A stretch of DNA of 64,000 nucleotides. Origin: Squalus acanthias. Its lineage: Eukaryota. Positions 12,661-24,143 of this stretch are shown here, one piece after another. Location of the stretch: NCBI GenBank assembly GCA_030390025.1, contig JASTWF010000166.1:682001-746000 (forward strand). The letters are read 5' to 3'. Positions within the stretch are counted from its first letter, which is position 1; each line of letters opens with the position of its first letter. Made by a program: the position numbers and the translations under genes. Below the pieces are notes generated by a model. That model did not search any database, was not told the DNA's origin, and saw nothing but the letters and a program-made list of their open reading frames with translations.

Positions 12661-15139
12661 TGGCGGGCCTTTTTACTGGCGACTATATCCTGAATAAGAA
12701 AACCAGGAGATTAAAAATAAAAGTGAGTTTTGGAAGCATGTGTCATTTAAATGTAAAGACTGCATATTAGCAACAGAACAAATTAATCTTGTTTTGTAGC
12801 TCAGTTTTATGTGACAGTAAGATTGTCAGTTCATCTGCCCCCATGGACAGTTGCTCCATCCTGGAGTCGCTGAGGTAGGAGTTTGACCTGTCAGGGATAC
12901 CTACAGTACCTTTGTCATGGCTGGGGCCTTTGTCAGATTAGCAATGATACAGTATGCTTTTGAACATTAAAGCCTGGAATTTTGCCTGCCCTGTTTAGAT
13001 ATTTAGAACATTTATTTCAAAAGATCCTGACTTCACAGACCAGTTTACGCCTCCTCATTACCGTTTTGTTAATAACCAGGATTTAGCATTTTCCTGTCGA
13101 CTCAAGTGATTGTTTCTTTACCACCTGTGTCAGGATTCTCACTTTCTTTCAAAGGACTGGAAGAGGTGAAAATTTCACAAGAGGCAAAGTGAGAATTCAT
13201 TAATTTATGAGGCAGTTAAAGGAGACTCTACTATCTAAAAAAGTCATTCTAAGCCTTTGAAGTAGAAAGTGATAGCAATTCTTTTCTAACCAAAATCTTC
13301 CTTTCTGAAGCAACCCATAAGAAAAAATAAACTTTTTGACTGCTAAATGCAAAGCACTTTTCGTTAAATTAAATTTGGTACAGACAATGGATGTCTGGGA
13401 GATAAAACCCTTCTTTTGTAGCAGCCCTTTCTGCAGTTTCATGTACATTATTGATTGACTTAATGATTAGTCAAGTAAATGCTTTGGTGGACTGGAAGTT
13501 AAATAATTCTGGTACAAAGACAATACCATACACTGTAAATACTGGGCTGAAAGGATATTGCCACAACTACAACAGTATCCCTCTGTAGGGACTGTCATTT
13601 GTTGTATTCAGTGGTGTGCTTTTCCCTGTTCTTTCCATACATGATGTGCACTATTGTATGGAGGGATCTTACACAATATGTAAAAGATTTATATGTACAG
13701 TTACTAGGTATTTAGAATAACCAGACTTGGATGTAAATGTAGCACAACAAATTGTAACACACCAGCAGTTTTTTTTCTAAAGTTGTTTTTGTTTGTTTTG
13801 AATAATTAGCTTACAATTTGTGTGCCTGAAAGTATAACATCTAATTCAAAAGATGCTAAAGCAACATGATAGGATGCCTTGAATTCTGCCATTCAGATTC
13901 ACCTTTTTAAAATACACCAGCATGACAATATACAGTAATCTATAAATCAGTTATAAAAGTAAAATAAAAATTGTATGGAATCCATATTTTTCCAATTTTA
14001 CCCACAAGAAAAATGTTATAAAAAGTCCCAATAACTTGGCTTTATACTCCTACATTACAGTAAATATTGCTCTTGCCACAGAAGAATTATATTTTCATTA
14101 TAAATAAATGGTACAACCCTTAAAGCTGTTTCCCTCTCTAATATTTATCTTCATATTGATCGAAGTAGAATATTATTACATGCCAAAATGCATGCTTAAT
14201 ATCATTGTGTTAGTGAGGTAATATGAATTTAAATAAAATGGTAACTAATGAAAACTAATTTCCTTCAAAGAATAAACTAATTTCGAGAAGCACAAAAGCA
14301 GCCCTCAAAGACTGTTCTTCAGTGCATCTTTGGTCAGTGACTTCCTGAACATTTGGAGGCTTTTGACTCTATTGACCCATGACAGTTCTGAAGTGTTAGT
14401 GACAAAGACGCTGACATCAGTCTAACGAGGAAAGCTTGATAGTTTGGCTAATTGCCACATAAATCAGGAAAGAAGTACCAAAAGAAAGAGGCCCTTTTCA
14501 CACTGAAATAAGACTAAAGAAGTCTGTTATAAACATTTATGGGAGCCCGCACACATAGCCAAGCCTATTATCCAGTCAAATCCTTGGTACTCAGCACAAA
14601 CAGGCTGAATTGATAGTCTTAATAATAGAGCCATCCCTAAGATGTAGATCTAAACATTTATTCATGCTTTCTTGAAGATCCAAATTAATTGTGTACTGAT
14701 TATTCAAAACAATCAAAAACTGCTTTAAAAATGTGGGTACCTTACATGATATAGTATTACATTTATATCCAGTTAGCTTGTCAACCTATTGACCAAATAG
14801 AATATCTAGTTTTATAATATTTGGGTTTATTACAATGATAATTTCTGATCAAATTCCATGATTATGTGCACATTTGTGTGGAAGATTTAAACCAATGATC
14901 TTGCGGAGTGAATTAAACATCAATGATACAGATAAACACTGTTTATCATGGTCAATGGAACTTTCTTTGGGGGGATGGTCAGTATTGTCTAAGGAAATGA
15001 GATGGCATAACATACTGAAACAAAAGAAATCTAGTAAAGAGTCATAAAAGTTGTGATGGAGCTGACAGGCACTTGAAACTTATCTGAATACTCTTTTTCC
15101 AGGATCACTACAGTCTATTGTGTAGTCTTCTTGTACTTC

Positions 15140-17140
15140 TTCAGGACTTCTTTGTCACTAAGATTGAGACCATCCATTCAGCTGCCTCTGCTGCTTCCCT
15201 CCCTTCCCCCAGCCCACCGGGCCAAACTTCCACTAAGGTTCCCCCCTGCCCTAGCCCTGAACTCGCATCTTTCTCTCGTTTCTCTCCTATCTCCCCTCAT
15301 GCCCTCTCTGAGCTCATCTTGTCCATGAGACCCACCTCCTGCTCCCTTGACCCTATTCCCACTAAACTGCTGACCACCCAACTTCCCTTCCTGGTCCCCA
15401 TGTAAGCTGATATTATTAACGGTTTCCTCTCCTCAGATACTGTCCCGCTCCCCTTCAAATCTGCTGTCATCACTCCTCTCTTCAAAAAAAACCCTTGAAC
15501 CCTCTGTCCTTGCAAACTACCGCCCCATCTCCAACCTCCCTTTCCTCTCCAAAGTCCTTGAACATGCTGTCGCCTCCCAAATCCGTGCCCATTTTTCCCA
15601 GAACTCCAAGATTGAATCCCTCCAATCAGGTTTACGTCCCTCTACCTAAATGGCTCTTATTAAAGTCACAAATAACATCCTATGTGACTGTGACTGTGGT
15701 AGACTATCCCTCCTCATCCTTTTCAACCCGTCTGCAGCCTTTGACATGGTTGACTACACCATCCTCCTCCAACTCCTCTCCTCCGTCATCCAGCTGGGTG
15801 GCATTCTAACAGCATTCAGCAGCCCAAAGTTTGGGACTAAAACAACTGCAACTTGCATTTATATAGCGCCTTTAATATAATAAACCGTCCCACGGCACTT
15901 TACAGGAGCGTTATCAAACAAAATTTGACACTGAGCCACATGGCAGATGACCAAAAGCTTGGTCAAAGAGATAGGTTTTAAGGAGTGTCTTAAAGGAGAT
16001 ATACTGGGTAAAGCATTCGCCTGGTTCCATTCTTATCTATCCAGTCGTAGCCAGAGAATCACCTTCAACGGCTTCTCTTCCCGCTCCCGCACCATTACCT
16101 CTGGTGTCCCCCAAGGATCTATCCTTGGCCCCCTCCTATTTCTCATTTACATGCTGCCCCTCGGCGACATCATCCAAAAACACGTTAGGTTCCACATGTA
16201 CGTTGATGACACCCAGCTCTACCTCACCACCACCTCTCTTGACCCCCACCCTCCCCCCCCCGGCTCTAAATTGTCATGCTGCTTGTCCGACATCCAGCAC
16301 TGGATGAGCAGAAATTTCCTCCAACTAAATATTGGGAAGACCAATGCCATTGTCTTTGGTCCCCGCCACAAACTCCGTCCCCTAGCCACTGACTCCATCC
16401 CTCTCCCTGGCAACTGTCTGAGGCTGAGCCAGACTGTTCGCAACCTTGGTGTCATATTTGACCCCAAGATGAGCTTCCAACCACATATCTGCGCCATCAC
16501 TAAGACCGCCTATTTCCACCTTCGTAACACCGCCCATCTCCGTCCCTGCCTCAGCTCATCTGCTGCTGAAACCCTCATTCATGCCTTTGTTACCTCTAGA
16601 TTTGACTATTCCAATGCTCTCCTGGCTGGCCTCCCATCGTTCACCCTCCATAAACTGGAGCTCATCCAAAACTCTGCTGCCCGTATCCTAACTCCTACCA
16701 AGTCCCGTTCACCCATCACCCCTGTACTCGCTGACCTACACTGGCTCCTGGTTAAGCAACACCTCGATTTTAAAATTCTCATCCTTGTTTTCAAATCCCT
16801 CCATGGCCTTGCACCTCCCTATCTCTGTAACCTCCCCCAGCCCTACAACACACCAAGATATCTGCGCTCCTCCAATTCTGGCCTCTTGCGCATCCCCGAT
16901 TTTAATCGCTCCACCATTGGCAACCAGTCCTTCAGCACTAAGCTCTGGAATTGCCTCCCTAAACCTCTCAGCCTCTCTTTCCTCCTTTAAGACACTCCTT
17001 AAAACCTACCTCTTTGACCAAGCTTTTGGTCATCCGCCATGTGGCTCGGTGTCAAATTTTGTTTGATAACGCTCCTGTAAAGTGCCGTGGGATGTTTTAT
17101 TATATTAAAGGCGCTATATAAATGCAAGTTGTTGTTGTTG
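15140..17140 (+). mobile_element. L2-clade LINE, 5'-truncated, with intact 3' end ((TTG)n tail)
   Basis: RT motifs [28 protein letters not shown]; ends tatataaatgcaagttgttgttgttg; carries an insertion at 15803-16017. Confidence 0.93.
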
Positions 17141-18744
17141 TAGTCCCAAACTTTGGGCTGCTGAATGCTATTAGAATCTGATATGCTGGGTAAAGTATTA
17201 AGAAACAGGTCATGTCTTGTAATAAGTTTTTAACTCCCAAGCTATGAAATTGGTCACAATTTTACATTACAGCAACAAAAGGACAATTTTGATCCTCAAG
17301 TGATATTAGAACACCTGCACATCCGAGAGATGTCCTGCTGCAAGGGCAAGCAATTATAAATACCTTTGAGTGAATTCAAGACAATAATCAAATCCAGAAA
17401 ATAATGCTGGTTCAAAGAAAGCAAACACTTTTTACCATGTTATGTACATTCTTACCCCATCCCTATTCTCAGCACATAGGATTATGCTTTCCTCAACTGA
17501 GAGGAGTTGCTTAGTCATTCAAACAACTCTAAATGCTACCAAGTTAATATATTCGTATGATAGCTAAGTGCCTACGTTAGTTTTATCCTTATAATAACTC
17601 ATCCTCAGTTCAGCTTTCTCTTGCAAACATGGATGTTTAGCTTTCATTTATAAGCCAAGTTTATAACAAAGAAACTGCTATGGAATGAGTGTCAAATCTG
17701 ACTTTCAATCAGAGATTCCGTTTTTGAAGGAGTATACTATTAGAATTATTTGGCCTTTTTCTCCCTGAATTTTTGAAGGATTCTGAGACAGAAAATGCTG
17801 TCATTGAGAATAACAACCTGTCCAGCGACCTATTCCTCAGGAAGGAGGGAAGGCTGTTGTTCTTGGATGTGACAAAAAGATCCATGTTTCAACAACCCCA
17901 TTCATGATACAGAAAATGATTACCTACTTGACAGGGACATCTTCATTCTTCAAATGGAAAGCATCCCTAACTAGGTTAAACCCTGATGGCAAATGAGAAG
18001 GGTCCCTTAAGAGTTGGTTTTCTTAGTATTCAATCTTAGTGATGTCAAATCATCAGACAGATGATGATGTCCTGTGTTATAAATAAATATTCTTCCTGGA
18101 CATCACTGACCTTTTCCCAGAAGCGATAGAAGTACTGAGGTATAACAACGTAGTATTACAACATACATCAGGAATAAAGTAGATAACTATACGAAAAGGA
18201 AAGGGTGGTGGATGGTATGAGAAGGATGTTTCCTGTTCAAAGGATTAAGAAGACACTACTGATACATAATCTTGCTCTCTTTATTTACATACGCCACTGG
18301 ATGTACTATTAGTTATACCACTTCAACGAACAACACATCCAGTGACCAGAAACGATCACAGTATAGTTGCCGTTAATAGAGAACATAAGGCAGGGGTAGT
18401 TGAATGGGCAGGGACTCTCAATAAATGTGTAAGCTTGATAACTGCCAGGGTGGATATAGGAGAAAACTATAAACTGGCGTGGGATCAGATCTGAAAGCTG
18501 TTAGTCACAATTGCATGTAATATATGCATCTGGGCATTACATTGCCAACATCTTTGAACTGTGTTAGAAATTCCTTCACAGAAGTATATGGATTCCTCTC
18601 AATGGCTTTTCTGGCTGACTTAATTAACTTTATCACACCTCGGCAGATAGTCAGGATGATTTAATTTAGTGGTCTGCAATTGTAAGGTACATATGCTTTG
18701 TTTTCTATCTATATATGCTTTGGCGATTCTGTATCTAATTTACT

Positions 18745-18786
18745 TCACCTGAGGAAGGAGCAATCGATAGCTCCGAAAGCTTGTGA
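18745..18786 (+). ncRNA. Minimal hammerhead ribozyme motif (family B, probable Penelope pLTR remnant about 18690-18830)
   Basis: TCAC-CTGAGGA-A-GGAGC aatcgata GCTCC-GAAAG-CTT-GTGA: stem I TCAC/GTGA, 5-bp stem II, palindromic AAGCTT. Confidence 0.75.
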
Positions 18787-20976
18787 TTTCAAATAAAACT
18801 GTTGGACTATAACCTGGTGTTGTGCGACCTCTCAATTTTTTCCTTTGCCACCAGGAATACCAACTTCTTGGGAGGTAAGAAGTCCAAGATCAAACATTTC
18901 CTTTTCCAGGAATCATGCCCTTGCCTTGAATGTGGTGGGGGTGAGGTGAGGGGGGGGATGCAGGAGGTGAGGTACAATTACTGTAGACAAAGGTTCAATG
19001 ATAACTAAATAGTGGAAGGGACCATGGACCCAAGTATAACTGAGGCCTGGGCAGGGCTTTGATCATTGATGAGGCCTTATTTCCAGTGGTAGCTGGGATG
19101 CGATTGGCTAACTGTTTGAGCAAAAATACTCTAAGGGATTTAGGCCTTAGCCTGCGGAATCTGTGTAACATTTCAGAAGCTGCACGATGCAGAGTGTCAG
19201 AAGACACTCACATCTGTAAATACATCTCTGGATGATCTTGCACTATGGTTTCTTTACTGGCCCATTGCTCTTTCTGGCTAATTTGAATAAGTCAGTCCTG
19301 AAGTTTAAAAATGATGCAAATTGCTCCAGTAGTGATGCTCTCTGCTTCCTTTCCAAAGCACACCAATTACATGGAGTTTGGCACATCCTTTGCTTTCCAA
19401 TGCAGTGTTTGATATTGTTGGGAAAAATCAGATCACTGGCCAGTTACTTTCTTCATCAAGGTTGCAGTTCTTAGCTGTCTTAGGCAAGATGCTGGCTTCA
19501 TGACAAAGAGTGACTGCCAAGTCCAAGTGGCTGGTGTTATCTGTGCTATAATTGATTGGGCCAAGGTGCTCGACCACAAGGATATTGTGACCATGAAGCC
19601 TGGAACTGGGTCAATGTGATTCCATCTGTGTAACTGTTAATAGGGTGGACCAAATAGCAGATGTGACCAATGATTTTCTCATCTTTGCAGCTGAAATCAG
19701 AAACAAATTGAAGCCAGAGCCAGCGAGATGCTCAATTGCCAAGCAGCTGCTTGTTCGAATAAAAAAGGGAAAGACAGCTCCATGGTGAAAGCAACGTGCC
19801 TTAAAATGGTACTTGAAGCCATTTTGAAATAATAGAGCTGCCACAATTGATATTCATTGGCAGTACCTGATACAACTAAATATCCATATGAAATAATTGC
19901 TGGGTAGCAATACATTTAGTTGTTAACTCTCCAACAGCAATGTAGAATTCTGTCCAGAGCTACTCCTTAGAGGCCTGGATTGCACAATTATGGTTCACAC
20001 ACCCATATTTCTTGCATTGTTTAGTTGGTCATCTGCTGTGGGACTGTTACGTGCCTATTGCCAGCAGAGGAAAGGTGAACTTCTTATTGGTCCTCCAATA
20101 ACAGAAGCACAGTGGTAAACCAAAATCGAGCGTGGACTTGGTGGTTCCATGTTTCCATTTCAGCACCACTTCCACAGCACTATAAAAAAGTCTTAAAAAA
20201 AGGTGTATGCACAATATAGGCAAATCACTGCTTTTGGTGTACTCCACATTACTGAGGCTATATTTTCAAATCTTTTATCTTAATGCACAAGTGGATAAAA
20301 CAGGCTTTTATTTTGCTAAAGTTTGAACTTGAGGATAGAATTATAATTATTATTTTCAGGATCCAGGGGAGAAAGTTACATCTACTCAAGGCTGGTTTCT
20401 GTGGGGAGAAGAAAAGGGAATGGAGAGGGGGAAGAAGGGGTGTATATGGTCACTGAGAATTTTGGAACAGTGCTTCCTTTTTCAGAGAACAGAATGCTGT
20501 CGAAGGGGAAGGATGGGGTCTCACTGCAATTTTGGGCTCTCTGTAGTGCGGCACTACAAAAAAAGGCACAAAGGCATTGATCATTGAGCAAGCAGACACC
20601 CATGAAGAGTGATTTTTTTGTAGCCTTCAAAATGCTTCGTCAAACAAAATAACTTTACCTTCAACTCCGAACGACATCTTGAACCATGAAGTTTGTTAAT
20701 TAACAATATTGTGGACATTTAATCATTGTTAATCAAAGAACTAAAAGCAACTGAGGAAAACAAGGTGGTTAGAAAGACACACATGAAGTTGAGGGAAAGA
20801 CACATCATTGCTTAATTATTTAGCGGTTAGGAAATCACTGGACAAGATCTGCTTAAGCAGAAGATTTAGTTTGTGGTGTACATTTTTTCCACACTTCTGG
20901 GCTTTCCAAACTACAAATTCTGACACTATGATACATTAAGACAAACGCAAAGCAGTTTAAGATCAAAGTGAAGCAG

Positions 20977-20982
20977 TTTATT
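20977..20982 (-). terminator. Candidate polyadenylation signal AATAAA (would give a 3'UTR of about 3 kb)
   Basis: AATAAA followed by GT/T-rich sequence on the minus strand, at the end of a repeat-poor AT-rich stretch; other AATAAA at 22332 and 23198 are alternatives. Confidence 0.4.
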
Positions 20983-23936
20983 TATAAAAAACTCATTCAG
21001 GTGTTTGCAATATAAAACATAATGAACAAAAGATGGCGCAACATAGACTTCTTCTATTTAACACATTAAAAGTGACCAAAATATATACTCTTCCTATTCT
21101 TTATGAATTCCTCAACAGACTGAGGGAAAGGTACTATAGGTTTGGCTGGCAGCAACCAAAACAGTAAGATAAACACTGCACAAATCCATTAAAGTTTATC
21201 ATTTAAAAAAAATGCAATCTCACTCTCCATTTTACATGAAAGGTAGAAATAAAAATTCCCCGTTAGAAGAGGAAACCTTCAATTGGGAACCAGCTCCAGA
21301 ATTTAAGGATAGCCACAAGGAAAGGATCTGTTTCCTCATTTCACAGATTCTATGGATTAAGGATAACAGCAATGCAAATTCAAGATTTCTATTTTTTCCC
21401 CTTTCTAAAAAACAAGGCCATAGCAAGATTAACTTCAAAAGAAACAATTCAATTCTACAGAATAACCAAAACAAAGATATATTAAAACAAGTCTCAACAT
21501 TAGGGCTTTTTTCTTAAAAAATAAAAAAGTTTAAGAGTTGTAGTTAATATTAAGATGCTTTTGGTAAATTTTGTATTTTGCGAGTATCCTTTGTTAAACA
21601 GTGGGCTGATGATATCGTGTGGGTATTGGTTTGGAAGAGTTACCCAGCTCAGCTGTGCCATGGAACTATGTACAATTGAGGTTAAATAACTCGTGGGTGA
21701 ATGTTCAACTCTACTGATGTCATTGATATCTTGCACTGTCACGCTCAGCATCTGCTTCAAGCCAGCATTCCAATGAAGCCACTGCTCAAAAATTATTCAG
21801 CAAAATGATAAGACTGTAGGTGATATCCCATACAGAAATATGAAAATTGAGCATTTTAAAATCAAACTGAACCCTTGGAGAAGGATCTGCTACACAATTG
21901 ACATGGATAAGATCAGATCTCTGTTCTACCTTCAGCACCTCCATTCTCTCAGCAGCCAGAAAATCAGGACACTGTTTGCGAAGTGGCAGAGTATCAAAAT
22001 CACAATTCCAAATCTTCAATTAAATGAGTTTGTGTAACCAAATCTTTCAAATATTAGAATGAAAATGTCAATAATCAAATCCATTGTACTTGCGAAACTC
22101 ATGCACAGCTCAATGGTACACAGCATCAACCAATATGCTCTACCGTAATATGGTAGGCATAGGTTGTGTGTTTTTGGCTATGATTCTCCATATAAGCTTC
22201 TGGTCAGAAAAAGAAGATCAGGAGAGGCTCCAAATAGAAATAAGGCACTTCCACATACAAGGGCATATGTGTGCTTGGAGACAGGGCAGATACCGAAGAG
22301 TAAATCAAACGGTGTTGTTTTTAATCAATCATTTATTGAGCAACACTAGCAAAGGCAGTGAACAGCCTTCAGTCTGGAACAGATCAGAGTTCAATCTTTT
22401 CAATTAGGGAACAGCATTTGGCATGGGAAACAAAATTATTAATATTCCGGGGCAATGTTGCTGGTGCGGACACTGGACCATCAATCCAGCTACTAAATTT
22501 CAAAATTAAAATTTTCTGGAGGAGAAAATAGGAGTGACCTGGTTTACAGAATGTTCCCATAATGAAAAATAAACCCTCTCACAAGGGAGGGCGGGGGGGG
22601 AGAGGAAGGAGAAGTCAGCAAAATGGCCACAAGGAGCACAGTAGCCAATAGAAATAGTTGCAGCACACGGTTCACATGGCACAGGGTATTGGGTGTGTGA
22701 CCAAGAGATAATGCCCACACTACAGTAAAATTTCAAGTGTTACTGGACACCAGCAATCCTAACTGTCAAATAAGGCAAATATTAAAACATATCCATTGTA
22801 AAATGATTACATTTCACACCACATTAACACGACTTGAGATAACTTTTAAAATACCTAGCATTTATGAACAAGTTATGTATAAAAAGTTTTAATTTCCATA
22901 AGGAAGTCTGACAAATAGGATGTTTTATGAAAACATGCCATTTTTTGAAATCTACATAACAAGCTAAAAAGTTTATAAATTGGTAAAGCATCGGCTACGT
23001 GTGGTCATGTGACACAGTGACTCCTCAAATACACAACTGCTACACGACTGCACTTCTTTCACAACAGCCAGAACACTATTATCTAGTAGGGGATTTAATG
23101 AAGCACTGGACCGTTGCTGGTTATGTGGGCTCCCAAGATTGGAAAAATTATCTACAAGCTTCATTTCAGTTTACTTCAGCCTTTCTTGGGCTCACTGTTT
23201 ATTCCTTTGGCCCAGAATTTGGAGTGTGTCACTGTAATTGCGCTTCTCCAACTTTTACTGTTGTGGACTTTGCTGGTCCACTCCAATGAGGTCCAAAGTT
23301 GAAAATACCAGCTTTAGTACATATTCCAATTAACATCCAGAAATTAGAATGAGTTAAAGCCTACAGCTGAATGTCCAGGTTCAGGGATCTGCATATACAT
23401 CTGAAACCACAATTATTCTTACAGCTCATTTCCAAGTCTCTAGTGTTCAGTGTATGTCTCCAACCAGTGGAACATTCTGCTAAAATATTTGATTTTATGG
23501 AACAGTTTCCCCCCTACTACTACAAAATTATACAGCTAGTTAATGGACTTTGTAAAAGGGATTACAAAACTCCACAAGGACATTTATCTATATGGTGAAA
23601 TGAATACATAATCAACTGTCAAATGAATTTCATGACTAGAATATCAAAAACTAAATACATTCAGAAATGCTAGTGTCTCATTTACAAAAGACATAGGTTT
23701 GTCAGATACAATAATACCAGACTCCATGAACATATACATTAAAAACTGCAGTTACATTTAGAAATAATTCAACTTGAAGTAACACAATTCATGGTATTAA
23801 ATAATACCTCAGTTTTAAAAAGAAATTCCACAAAATCTCTCACTTCTTCAGCTTAAGGGGAGATGCAATTTCTTGAAACTCCCAAAAAGGAGTTTTGTGC
23901 ATTCATACCTATTAAGCAGAAGTCCTTTTGCACACT

Positions 23937-24143
23937 CTAAACACTTTCAAATGCATTTGTTGCTATTTCCGGATTAGAGGTTGCTATTTCTGTATGTTTT
24001 TGCTCTTCAGTTGCAAAGATCAAGGGCTGATAGCCAACATCATGACTTGGCTCCATCATTCCTTTCAACTCCACATTATGGATTTCTACATCAAATGTCG
24101 TCGAGTTGCTTTGTGATGCATTTTTTTCACAGCAAACCGAATC
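23937..24143 (-). CDS. PER2: PER terminal coding exon, 207 nt (DSVCCEKN...[10 protein letters not shown]...AFESV*)
   Basis: ttaatttag acceptor, phase 0, 68 codons plus TAG; DSVCCE aligns to PER2 ECVYCE, and FDVEIH resembles fish PER C-termini as I recall them. Confidence 0.78.
   Translation of the reverse strand, partial: DSVCCEKNASQSNSTTFDVEIHNVELKGMMEPSHDVGYQPLIFATEEQKHTEIATSNPEIATNAFESV

Noticed and set aside
15947-16990. 347-aa ORF as a functional RT gene
   Set aside because: Chimeric: the N-terminal [22 protein letters not shown] comes from the templated insertion and the rest is a partial L2 ORF2.
12800-20900. Second protein-coding gene (e.g. HES family) downstream of PER
   Set aside because: No bHLH, Orange or WRPW-like peptides or convincing exon chain seen; the short ORFs look random. 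Small exons could have been missed.
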